From: Octopus vulgaris
Lineage: Eukaryota
Assembly: GCA_951406725.2 (NCBI GenBank)
Contig: OX597818.1
Location: 49,786,001 to 49,850,000 of the forward strand
DNA: 64,000 nt
Direction of reading: 5' to 3'
Part shown: in pieces, positions 25,001 to 39,108 of the stretch
Numbering within the stretch: the stretch's first letter is position 1
Layout of the letters: the number at the start of each line of letters is the position of its first letter
Program-made: the position numbers and the translations under genes
The notes under the pieces: generated by a model
Told to the model about the DNA's origin: nothing
The model's database searches: none
The model's input: only the letters and a program-made list of their open reading frames with translations

Positions 25001-28000
25001 GATGGTTCTCCAATACTGTTAGGAGTCTGTGAAGAAAACCATATTGAAATAAGACATTTAATTGCTTAAAATTCCAATATATATATAAAAGATTTGAAAT
25101 GTATTTAAATATCAGTAAATTAAAAATCTGCTAGACTTGGATCTCTTTCTCTCTTTATGAAAATAATTTTTTGCCTTAGAGCTTACATTGCCTTATGTTT
25201 CTGAAAGAATATTACAGTACCTTTGAACCAACACTAGGGGAACCTTGGCCACTCAGAGGCAAACCACCCTGTCCTATGGAATCCTGAAATCAAAACAAAA
25301 TTATTCAAACATACATAAACACACATTACATTTGTGTAAACATACTTTACATTTTACAGTTCTATATTTAAGAGATGAAGAATTATGTACATTATTTACA
25401 TTTGATGGATATTTGTCCTCATCTTGTTTGTTGTTAACACAACATTTTGGCTGATATACCCTCCAGCCTCCATCAGGTGTCTTGGGGGAAATTTCGAACC
25501 TGGGTTCTCATCCTAAGGTATTTTTCAATACTATTATTATTATTATTATAATTATTATTATCATTAACCACTATGCCATATGCTGTGGACATATGGTTAA
25601 GAGCGTGGGCTACTAACCCCAAGATTCTGAGTTCAATTCCAGGCAGTAACCTGAATAATAATAATAACAACAACAACATTGAAAAATACCTTAGGAATGA
25701 GGACCCATGTTCGAAATATCTCCAAGACACCTGATGAAGGCTGGAGGGTATATCAGCCGAAACGTGTTAACAACAAACAAGATGAGGACAAATATCTGTC
25801 AAATGTAAATAATGTAAATAATACTTTACATTTATATAAACATACATCTCTGTAAGTAGCCAAAATGGCAAGCACAAGTGAATATATGCATACAAGCACT
25901 TGTAAGCAGTTATATATGTAAAGACATTTACACTCACATAAGCTGAAACTACAAACAATTAAAAGCAAAGGTCTAAGAAGCTTACAAATATCACAGAAGC
26001 ATATGACCAACATTTTTCTATTTGGTTAATTTAGCTAATGATATGGCTTACTGTCCTTTCACATTGAAAGCATTAATTCTTATCTGATCACTGAATTTTA
26101 GCAACACCAAACTCACTTAGTGCTTAGATGAGCAACCACTTCAGAAGGGAAAACTGAAATATTATAAGCACAATCTCTAGGTTCAGGCATAGCTATGTGG
26201 TTAAGGTCTTCATTTCACAACCATACAGTTTTGGGTTCAACTCCAGTGCATGGCACCTAGAGCAAAGTATCATCTACTACAGCATCAGGTTGATCAATGC
26301 TTTGTAAGTGAGATTTGGTAGATGGAAACAGTACAGAAGTCTGTTGTATCGTGTTTGTGTGCATGTGTGCATACGCTCGTAATTGCATTGATGCATTGAC
26401 ACTACTTTGGCAGTGAAGAGGCCAGCTTATGTCCCACAAAAACAATATGTCCTGCAGCTAAGTAATTTGATGTGCTGAAGGCTAGTGGAATGAAATACCT
26501 TACTTGAAAATAAGGATTTGCATCAGAAATAGCATCTGGCCATAGAACACAGTATCAAGAAATCCAACCAAATATGGAGAAAATGGATTTAAGAACAATG
26601 ATAAGGAATGTCATTTATAAAATTCTGCAAAACTTTATTGATTGATTGATTGATTCTAGTTTCAGCTTATGAGCTGTGGCCATGACATATGAGAATAAAT
26701 AACTGAAACAGGATATTGAAATGATATAATCTAAAATTTCAACTAACAATTTACTATTTTCATAAAAAAATATCAACTGCCACAACATGTACAATAAAAA
26801 AATTATTCAACTTACAGTATCCAAGAGTGACATTTTCTGAGCTAATTCTGCAGCATTTACACCTTGTTGATCCTCATTTGTGCTTACATGCTTCAATACC
26901 TACAGAAACAAATAACCATTTTAAATGTTAAATATGAGGTAAAGACTGTCTGGTATTAAAAGTAACGTTTTGGGAAAGATATATTTCAATGTGACAATGT
27001 GTAGTTATGGATAGAATCACCTCCAATGGATGGTAACATGTAGAAATATCCATGATCATAACATCCATAAATACATTACAAATGTAACAATGTGCACTAG
27101 AATGGTATGATAGTTACTTAGTAAAGCTCTGTATAAACATTATTTTACTTCTCCATGATCCCCTAGTTGTTATTTAGCCCCAAATAAAGTCTGATTGAAT
27201 AGACCTGTGATCAAAAGTATTCCAACAATGACCAGCCCATCATTTTAGAGGCATCTAAGATTACCATTGTTTAATGTGTCCACTTTTTAAGATGATGCTG
27301 TGTTAAGGAAAATTGGTCTACTTTTTATAACAGCATCAGTAACCAGAGAGGCTTCTTCTAGTTGGCTCTGCCAGAAAATAAAACAGATAAAAACACTGGG
27401 AAAATTGCTTTTTTTAGCCTTCACAACAGCAACACCTATGTTTGTGTCCAGTATAGGAGAGACCAGCTTTAAGGCTTTATAAAAGTGTGAGGTATAAAGC
27501 AATATCTCAAGAACGGTATCTGGGTCTTTCAAAATCAGACACCCTCATTCACACCCAGTTGATGAAGCCAAGGTTGGGTCCAGTTAGTGCTGCCCCTTCC
27601 AGATCTCACAAAATATATTTACATTCATCTGAACTGTAGCTAGCCTAAATAAATATTATTGAAATATATAGCTCATTTTCTTGTTTATCTTTTTTTATTT
27701 AATTTTCTCTTTTGTGTGATATACAAATTGAACTAGAATAGTGAAAAAGTTATAACCTTAACCCTTTCGTTACCAACCTGGCTGAAACCAGCTCTGGCTC
27801 TGTAGTACAAATGTCTTGTTTTCAAAAATTCTAAATTAAAATCTTCCACTAAACTTTAGTCACAATTAATGTTCCTAACACTAGCTTGATAATAATTAAA
27901 TTATTTTACTAAATTCTTTGTTATATTTGAAGTAATTGAAAGAAACACAGAACATCTCAAAATAAATATGGTAATGAAAAGGTTAAGGTCTACATCCTAA

Positions 28001-31000
28001 TGCAAATATTGCATGGTTTGAATCAGAATACACTATTCTATTTGTGTCAATCTATTGATCCATTCTGGGTAATAAGTTATTTGTGCAAGAAAATAGAAGT
28101 CACTAAAATGTCAAATCTAGAACAAACATCTGAATTTGAAAATACACTCATCAATCAATTCCTAAATCAGAATATATTCTAAATTTTATAATTTCACAAA
28201 AAAGTAATCACTTTATTTCTATGAATTTGGAATGGATTCATACAATACATCTCTGGCATTTGTTGTTGGCACTCTGTCAGTTACGACGATGAGTGTTCCA
28301 GTTGATCCGATCAACGGAACAGCCTGCTCGTGGAATTAACATGTAAGTGGCTGAGCACTCCACAGATATGTGTACCCTTAACGTAGTTCTCGGGGAGATT
28401 CAGCGTGACACAGAGTGTGACAAGGCTGGCCCTTTGAAATACAGGTACAACAGAAACAGGAAGAAAGAGTGAAAGAAAGTTGTGGTGAAAGAGTCCAGCA
28501 GGGTACACCGTCACCCCCTGCAGGAGCCTTGTGGAGCCTTAGGTGTTTTTGCTCACCGCCACCCCCTGCAGGAGCCTTGTGGAGCCTTAGGTGTTTTTGC
28601 TCAATAAGCACTCACAACACCCGGTCTGGGAATTGAAACCGCAATCCTAAGACGCGCAATTCCGCTGCCCTAACCACTGGGCCATTGTGCCTCCACACAT
28701 CTCTGGTATAATGATGGGAGAAATAAATAGATGTGTAAAAGAGATATGACATATGAAAATAAATAACTGAAACAGGATATTTAATTATTTTAATGTGAAG
28801 TAAAATAGGTAATATGTACACTGACTATGAAGTTATCAAAGTTACTGCATATCTAAGTTGTAGGAGCTGAAACCCAAAATTATGGTGTTCATTTTTGCTA
28901 ATTATAAAATTCATTCTTGTAATTGTAAAGTTGCAGAAAGTCCAATATACAGAAATTAAGAAAAATTTTCTCAGAAAACTTACATTTTGGGCAAGTTCAT
29001 TTTTGTTATAACCAAGCAACTGAAGGAATTTAGACCTTGGATCTTCTTCAAAGTTTGACTGAAATTAAAAAAAAATTTTTTTAATTTTTATATAAAAAAA
29101 TAACTATAACAAAATAAAAGATTTAATTTCAAAGGAATTATGTTTGAATTTAGTAATTATAATATACATGGTTTTGTAAACTGGTTTTTGAATGTTTTAC
29201 ATTCACATGTACATAGATTTGTAGTGATATCAGAGGGATTGTGACACTAGCAACCATTGACACAGCTTGTTTAAGTTATGAATATCCAGAGGGCAATGTA
29301 GGGTAGAGGAAGAATCTTGGTCTGGTACCAATAGCATGATAAAATATAGCCAGGCCATGCTGTAAAATAACTGGTTATAGGAAGGGCATCCAGAGGTAAA
29401 AGCCATGCCAACAAAATGAAGGAAAGCCCCTATGCTGGTAACTTATCTACAAGAAGAGTAATTCTGAATTAAAACACTGATACAAGAGAGAAAGGATTTT
29501 TCAGTCTTGTCACAGACTCTCTCTCTCTCTCTAGTACCAGTGGCATGATAAAAAACACTTAGTTCAATCTGTAGGAAGGGCATCAAGCTGTAAAATAAAT
29601 GCCACAAAACATGACATACATGACAAAGATGGATAGTTTTCTCTGTTGCTGTGTATGGCAGATGATGAAGAAGACTCATCCCAACCATGCCAACATAGAA
29701 AAGAAAAGAAAAGAAAAAGAATGATAATGATGGCACATCATAGAATGATTGCAGACACTACATGGCATAAGGAATATGGGCAAAATGCATGAAATTCCTC
29801 TTTATTAACAAACAAGATGTTTAATACTGAAGTTTGTTGTACTGGATGTGATATAAACTACCCATCTAAAAACCAGTTGAGCAAGGTCGTTGCCAGTGCC
29901 GCTGGACTGGCTCCTGTACAAGTGGCACATAAAAAGCACCATTTGAGTGTGGCCGTTGCCAGTACTACCTGACTGGCACTCATGTCAGTGGCATGTAAAA
30001 GTACCCACTACACTCTCGGAGTGGTTGGCATTAGGAAGGGCATCCAGCTGTAGAAACTCTGCCAGATCAGATTGGAGCCTGGTGCAGCCATCTGGTTCGC
30101 CAGGCCTCAGTCAAATCGTCCAACTCATGCCAGCATGGAAAGCAGACGTTAAACGATAACGATGATGATCTGATGCTTTCCCAATACAAATTTGTACTGG
30201 AAGAAAATGCAAAAGAAAAAGTACAAAGAAAAGAAGCAAACAGACAATTTAAACAATCTATGTTGACACTAGCCTCCTAATATTTAAAGGCCAACAAAGA
30301 TTAGCAATAACGGTGTGAAACAAAAATAACAGAAATATTTGTTTAAATGACAAACCTTGAGAAACTTCCAGATGTTTTGTTCCATAGAATCAACACTATT
30401 CTCAGCTTTCATTGAACAAAATTCCACAATTTCGTTTTTATTTAAAGCATTTTGAAGCTGGTTCGATCGATGTAACAAATCTGTCTCCGTAACAACTTGA
30501 CTGATACAAACAATTCGAGATTGGCTTTGCATTTGTGTAGCTGCAGGAGATTGGTTGGGATTGACAGTTCCTCGAATGTGTTCAAAAGTTATCAGCTTAC
30601 CACCAAACTGAAAACAAGCAAATATCAATTCTTTTAGTTAAAGCGACGAAAATATTTTGACAAATTAAACTTAAATGTTGAAGTGAATCGAACGGCTTTT
30701 GTGTGTTTCTTAAATGGCTTACAAACACCTTCCATGCTGCAATTGTTTCGTTTCAGCACATGATCTCAGATCAAATCACTTGCTATGCAAGTACATCTCC
30801 GTAATTTTTTTAGTTAGAAAAACAAAAAACGACTAAAAATTGTTTAACCCCTTTGATACCAACCCGGCTGAAACCGCCTGTGGCTCTGTTGTACAAATGT
30901 CTTGTTTTTATAAGTTTTGAATTAAAATCTTCCACCAAACCTTAGCACCAATTTATGTTCTTAACATTAGCTTAATAATAACTAAGTTATTGTACTAAAT

Positions 31001-34000
31001 TTTTTGTTATATTTAAAGTAATTGAAAGAAACACAGAGCATCTCAAAATAAATACAGTAATGAAAGGGTTAAAATGGAAAATAACAGAAATAACAGGAAG
31101 GGCATCAGGTTGCAAAACAAGGCTTCAATGAGTCATTTGTCTAACCCATACTAGCATGGAAAAAAGAATGTAAACACAAACATATATGTGTGCACACACA
31201 GTGATCTTTCAAGTGTCACCTACCAAATTCCACAGACAAACACTAAAGTAGAAGATAATTGCCCAAAATGCCACATAATTCTTGATCACACAGTCATAAA
31301 AGTTTCAATTGTTCAAGGAAGGAGATTGAGACATTTACAATATTCTGACCTCTTTTTTTTTGAGCATTAACAACAGAAATAGTTACAAAGGGTGACAAAA
31401 GTTTAAATAATGTCTATTGCCAGACTTGTACAATAAGACGGTACTTTTTTATATTATGAAAATTTAGAAACTTAAAGAAATATTAAGTAAATTATATTTA
31501 ATGGTGGAACTCAAAGCAGAAAAGGTGATAGATAATGGCATGTCGAATATTAAGCTAAAAGAAACCCTTGGATGGATACTTCAAGTTCCACAATATAAAA
31601 ATAACTGTAGGTACTGTTGTTAATAGGATCAATGAAGCCAATATCAAATAGCCAATACAATCAGCACAAGACTTATTCAAAGGTAAACTAATTAACAAAA
31701 GATAAACACAGTAGCATAAAAAAAATAGATTAATAATCCTTACCCCAAATGTTGCTCCAACAGGTTTACATAGCCATTTTGGGGGTTTTTGCAATGGAAT
31801 GATGACTGGTGTAGTTTGTGATGAAGATTGGTCAGGAAACACATTAGTATTAAATGATTCAGCAACCTAGACAGGTGAAAAAAAGTAGATCAGATATTAA
31901 CATTGAAGATAGAAAAGTATTTTTTATATGCACACAATTTATATCAGACTAATCAATTATCAATAATTCCTACCATATCAGCAAGCGTTGTTTGGAACAT
32001 TACATGTAAAGTTACTTGATCAGTTTGATCTCAGTTTTAATGTTTTAAAATTTCTTTGGCTCATCTTCTCATTAACTATTCTCTTCTCCTTTGCATCCTT
32101 TATTTTTACTTGCTTCAGTCACTGCTTTGCTGACCACATGGTTATTGTACTTCATTAAGGAGACTAATATACATGAATTAAGATTAGGGCATCCGGTTGT
32201 AGAAATCATGCCAAAACAGATGACTGGAGCCTGGTGCATCCCTCCCGCGTAACAGCTCCTGTTTAAACTGTCCAACCCATGCCAGCATGGAAAATGGATA
32301 CCAAATGATGATGATGGTGATGATGAGTCAATGATGTCACGCTAAGAGTTGCTGAAGCTTCATGCTAAGAGTTGCTGAAGCATGGAGCAGACTGCTGGCA
32401 TCAGTTGTTAGTTGTCGGAGCACTGCATCCTTCAAAACTTCCATGCTTTCTGAGATTTGCCAACACTACACCTGATTTTTCCCCCCTCTATACACACACA
32501 AGCATGTATCTGACTCATACACTGTTCACTTTCCAGACATTTGTACATTACTGCATATGCTTTATATGCACTTTTGACAAGTTGTGGTGCACCTGAGCAC
32601 TGCATAAAATAATTTCATTATTATTATATATGAAACACATTCTTCATTGTAATTAAAGCAGAAAACAAGTAATGCTGGTGCTTTTTAAACTTTTACAGAG
32701 AGGTATCACACATGTATTCAAATGAATCATACAAATATCCAAATTTTTTAAGCTACTCAATTAATAAAATTATCATCATAATTGTTTGAAAGTTTGTTTT
32801 CATAAAAATGATCAAAACTTCTTACAATTTGCTTTTTCCAAGAAGACAGAAACATTTTGCTGCTAACAAATGTAATAACTTTCAAGCTTTTTTCACTCCT
32901 TCCTTACCCCAGTTACTATAGTTCATTACAACCGCATCCAACATTAATTAATTCATCCAAGTAATTGTAACGAGAAAATATATCTACTGAACTTCTCAGT
33001 AGTTCACAGGCTTTATTCTATAGGTTCTGCTACAGCTAATTACTCCTGTACAACTATTACATCTCAAGTCCTGGTTCTCTGTCAGCCTACAAAAGCTCCA
33101 ACTATTCCCTTTTTTGTAAACCCATTACTTGTAATAAATGCACAGTATCAAGTTACTTCTTACTTTCTTGCCTGGCACCTGTGCCGGTGGCACGTAAAAA
33201 GTACCCACTACACTCACGGAGTGGTTGGCGTTAGGAAGGGCATCCAGCTGTAGAAACACTGCTAGATCAGACTGGAGCCTGGTGCAGCCTCCTGGCTTCT
33301 CAGACCTCAGTCGAACCATCCAACCCATGCTAGCATGGAAAACGGACGTTAAACGATGATGATGATGATGATGAAGTGGAACCAATTTGACCTATCGAGG
33401 AGACACTAATTCCAAATAAGAACTGAAATGGATTGTGACAACCACCAAACCTATGTCAATAAAGAAAGTGAATGTATGTCAATAAAAAAAGTGAATGTAA
33501 TATAAAGGTAGCAATGACTGGGATTTTATGTTCTCTCTTGCTAACAAGCACTTTGTTTCTTATATGTTAACTTTTAGATTTACATTTAAAAATTTTCAGC
33601 AACTCTTTCAGAGATTCTGCAATGAGAGCCAAATTACAAGCATGTAGAATGAACTAAGTGCAACTAGTCCTGAACTTGGTTTATTTAAGGAGTATAATGA
33701 ACAGAAGGGGTGAAAGAGCAGAGATCTGGTGGACACCAGTCTGTCCTCTGTAAACTTTGTTAACCCATACCCTCAAAAAACAAGACACTCATATATAATA
33801 CTTGCATCTACACTTAGTGTTTCCTGATCAAAAGGTCCAAAGCGAGGACTTTAATTTAAGACTGTGTCTTGCTGTTGAAAAAAGACTGACATGAAAACAT
33901 TTGGACACTCAACCCATCTACAGCCATTACATAATAGTATTACCTTGTTGGTTGGTTGACAGGGATGTCCTCCACCCATCAAAGAAAAGACGCTGACATG

Positions 34001-35382
34001 TCCATCAAATGAAGCGCTTGAAATAATTCCAGGATTTCGAGGGCACCATTGGACATCAAAACTCCACTGATTACTGGTTTCTAGTTCACAAACAACCTAA
34101 AAACAGAAGAAAGATTTAAAAAACTGAAGTCAAACTATACAATACAATATTATGTAATAAAGTAACACATTTTCTGGAGATATATGCAACATAAAATATG
34201 AGTTAATTTTAAAAGAGTAACAAATATTAATTTCACACCTCTGCTGGCCCCACATGAAGCACCCATGTCAGCACCTTGTATAGAGTACCTGTGCCGGTGT
34301 CGTGCATAAAGCACTTGTGTTGGTGTTACATAAAAACCACCTGTGCTAGTCATCATCATCATCATCATCCAGTGTTTTAAATCCAGGTTTTGTCCCCGTT
34401 AAAAGGGGTGGCTGGATCTACCTCAATGCCATAGCAACTGAGGTAGGCGGGTGCAGCCCACCTCAACCTTTGGGCTGGCTGGTGCCCATTCTCCTTTGCT
34501 ATCATGAAACTTTTTTGGAGCTGGATTCTCTATGGGGAGCATATCCTTGCTTACTCCCCAACCTCAGTTTCTAGACATGAGTGGTCATGAGACCAAGGCC
34601 TCTACCACAATTTTTAAGAAATGTGGTGGAAAATTAGCTCAGGAAGGCTGGGACGCTACTCCTTGAGATCCCTTTCGGAGCCCCCTAGTCTGTCATGTGA
34701 AAAGCACCCAGTACACTCTGTAAGGTGGTTGGGATTAGGAAGGGCATCCAGCCACAGAAACTAAGCCAAAACAGATGACTGGAACCTGATGCAGCCCTCT
34801 AGTTTACCAGCTCCTGTTAAACCATCCAACCCATGCCAACATGGAAAACATGATAATATGCTGAAATGATGATATGCTGAAACTCAAAGATAAAGACTGC
34901 ATCATTGCAAATGATATTGAGAAATTAATGGCAGAGTGTTTAATATCTCCAATCATTGATGTAAAAGCCTTTATTTTAAACTAGTGTTACCCATCAGATG
35001 GCAAGTAACTTTGGAAGTATACTTTTGCTACAATGGGCAATACCAGGAATTGTGGTATGCATATGCTTATAATTTAACTTTAACAAATTTCTTGGTGCTT
35101 ATACAAAATGCTGAAATGAATACTAATTTTCGAGTGAAAAATATTTATCATCTTTAAAAAAAAATGAAATATAACAAATTTTTCATTTCTCTTTTACTTG
35201 TTTCAGTCATTTGACTGTGGCCATGCTGGAGCACCGCCTTTAGTCAAGCAAATCGACCCCGGGACTTATTCTTTGTAAGCCCAGTACTTATTCTAATCGG
35301 TCTCTTTTGCCGAACCGCTAAGTGACAGGGACGTAAACACACCAGCATCGGTTGTCAAGCAATGCTAGGAAGACAAACACAG

Positions 35383-35433
<51 letters not shown>

Positions 35434-35621
35434 TACGACAGGCTTCTTTCAGTTTCCGTCTACCAAATCCACTCACAAGGCACTGGTCGGCCCGAGGCTA
35501 TAGCAGAAGACACTTGCCCAAGATGCCACGCAGTGGGACTGAACCCGGAACCATGTATAACTTCTCCATTAACAAATCTTGCACTTACTCCCTCCTCTCC
35601 TCCTTTGTCAGTATGACACCA

Positions 35622-35658
<37 letters not shown>

Positions 35659-36813
35659 TCCTTTACTCATTGCCTGCAGTCAAGTCTTGCATGTGCACTC
35701 ATTCTGCACCTCTTATGTTAACCCTCTCTGTATCTCTTTCCCCTTCTTTCTAAAGCATGGCTGGAGAAATTAAACAACTAACTGACCCACATTTATACTG
35801 GCTATTATTAAATAAAAATGTATACATGTTTTACAGAGGTTTCTATTTACTAAAAATAACTATTGGGAAAAAAAGTTTTTGGCAAGTTGTGAAATTTGAA
35901 TAGCTTTATGGCAAAATGCTATTAAGACAATTCATTATTTAAGAAATGATATTATTTATCTATTTCGTAATATGTTTGATATACACTCATACATCTGATT
36001 ATTTCAAATGTATATCAAGATACAACTGCATTTTTCATTATATGATATATCTAAGGCGGCGAGCTGACATAATCGTTACCACACCGGGTGAAATGCTAAG
36101 TGGTATTTTGTCTGCCTTTATGTTGTGAGTTCAAATTCCACTGAAATCAACTTTGGAGTCAATAAATTAAGTACCAGTGAAACACTGGGGTCGATGTAAT
36201 CAACTTAATCCGTTTGTCTGTCCTTGTTTGTCCACTCTATGTTTAGCCCCTTGTGGGTAGTAAAGAAATAGGTATTTTGTTTGCCTTTATTTTGTGAGTT
36301 CAAATTCCACTGAGATCAACTTTGGAGTCAATAAATTAAGTACCAGTGAAACACTGGGGTCGATGTAATCAACTAGACCCCTTTCCCCAAAATTTTCAGG
36401 GCCTTGTGCCTAGGGTAGAAATAATTGTCTGATACATCTCAGTGTATGCACAGCATTATATTCATTGTTTATAAATAAAGAAATACTTACTTCTCCACCT
36501 TGAATTGTAGTATTGGGATTCCAACACAGGATTTTGTTGTCTTTTCCACAACTAAGCAGCAAATCTGGATCTTGAGGACACCATGCTAAACTTAAAATTC
36601 CTCTGAAATAAAAAATTAAGCATTTTATTAATTAACCAAAACAATTTATGAATAATATGTATATTATGAACTAATGAGATTAATAATAATTCTTTCTACT
36701 ATAGGCACAATGCCTGAAATTTGGGATAAGGAGGCACTCGGCGATTACATCAACCCTGGTACTTACTTTATTGGACTTGAAAGGATGAAAGGCAAAGTCA
36801 ACCTAGGTGGAAA

Positions 36814-36857
<44 letters not shown>

Positions 36858-39074
36858 CAAATAAGAAAATGGAGAAACAAATTTAGTTTGTTCATCAACT
36901 TACGGATATTATAATTTTAGATTATTTATTCATTTTACAAAGGAGGACATAAAAACCATACAAAATATTATATAAATCAATAGATAAGATAATAATACAA
37001 ATACAGATTTTAAAAGTCATATTATAAATTATTGAAATCCAGAAATTACTTCTTACAGCTGTTTCAGCCTATGGTCAAAAGTGAATCGAATATTCATTGC
37101 CTGTAGATGTCAACATACTAGGGTTAACCCCTGACGAGGCCTATGGTTCTTTTAACATATAAGTATTATATTTTTTTAAATGCCTACAACCCTAGTATGT
37201 TGACATCTATAGGCAATGAATATTCGATTGACTTTTGACCATAGGCTGAAACAGCTGTAAGAAGTAATTTCTGGATTTCAATAATTTATAATATGACTTT
37301 TAAAATCTGTATTTTGTATTTTAATCTTATCTATTGATTTATATAATATTTTGTATGGTTTTGATGTCCTCCTTTGTAAAATGAATAAATAATCTAAAAT
37401 TATAATATCCATAAGTTGATGAACAAACTAAATTTGTTTCTCCATTTTCTTATTTGTATTATAAATTTATGGTAAAAATATTTCTTTACCTTCAACTGTT
37501 TAATACAATAAATGAATTAATTGCATTGCAATTAAAAACATTTATGTATTAAGAATTTTAGTACTTTACCAACAGTATATTCGATAAATGATATCCCATA
37601 GTGGGTTACACCCATAACCCCTATCTTACTTTGTACTATATATATATATATATAAAACATTTGAATTTGCTTTATTGTGTTGATTTCAATCCATAGTTAA
37701 GGTTGTTTAATGGGTAGCTCTCAATCACAAGAATGTTGTAACAAGATCATTATTACAAATATAATCTTATGTCATATTTCTGAGCTGAAAATATCTGAGT
37801 AAATTATATTGCACTATAGACTATACAGAGAGAAAGGTAACGTTAAAGTACTTATCGATTTGTCCACACAAAATGAGTTTAAATACTCTAACAGCTGAGC
37901 ATAAAATATAAATATTCAAATAGGTCAAAAGTGTTTTCATAAACCAAACACTTATGAAACTGGAATTGAAATTCAAACCCAAATGAAAAAAAAATTTTTT
38001 TCTTTTCAAGTAGATCAGAAACTAATATTCAAATTTAAATTGACTAAAAGTTACATTTTTTTTTTTTCTGCAATTAAACTGTTCATTTTTGAAATGTTTA
38101 ATTCATCTATAAAAATCAATTTAATGAAATAAATTGCAAGGACATTTCATTGAGTTTGTACAGTTTTATATTATGTATTCATATGAATAACATATGTTAC
38201 AATAAACTGATTGTTCTCAAGTTAACCACTTATGTAACAATAAAGCTAATATCAAATTTTTGCCAAAAATTATTTTTAATATTTATGTAGGTTAGTTGAA
38301 GACTGAATGGGTAAAGTGCTGTAATAAATGCCTTGCAGAGGCATTTAGAAGAACCTCTTTATGTTATGAATTCAAATTCTGCTGGTTTTGACTTTACCTT
38401 TCTATTCCCTTATATCCTTAAGATAACCCCCACCTACAATTCATCACAACAAGCTCTAGTAGCAGAGTGCCCTCAACATTCCTAGCTGCTCAGCTGAGAA
38501 GACATACTCTTTTACTTGTTTCCATATATATATATGGTCATGCAGGAGCACCACCTTTTAGTCGAGCAAATCAACCCCAGGACTTATTCTTTGGAAGCCT
38601 AATACTTATTCAATCGGTCTCTTTTGCTGAACTGCTAAGTTACGGGGATATAAACACACCACCATCGGTTGTCAAGTGATGTTGGGGGGGACAAGCACAA
38701 ACATACATACACATATATATATATATATATACACACACATATAGGACGGGCTTCTTTCATTTTTCCGTCTACCAAATCCACTCACAAGGCTTTGGTCGGC
38801 CCGAGGCTATAGTAGAAGACACTTGCCCAAGGTGCCACGCAGTGGGAATGAACTTGGAACCATGTGATTGGTAAGCAACCTACATACTACAAAGCCACTC
38901 CTGTGCCTATGTTTAATTTCATTCAAACTATTTTGGTAAAAGTATGTTCTGCCACTAGAAGCAAATACACACACATATACAAATATATACAAAGAATGAC
39001 GGGGAGAGAGAGGGAGAACCATTATACATACACAAACATAAATAAATACTCTCACATGTAAATATATAGAAGCA

Positions 39075-39108
<34 letters not shown>

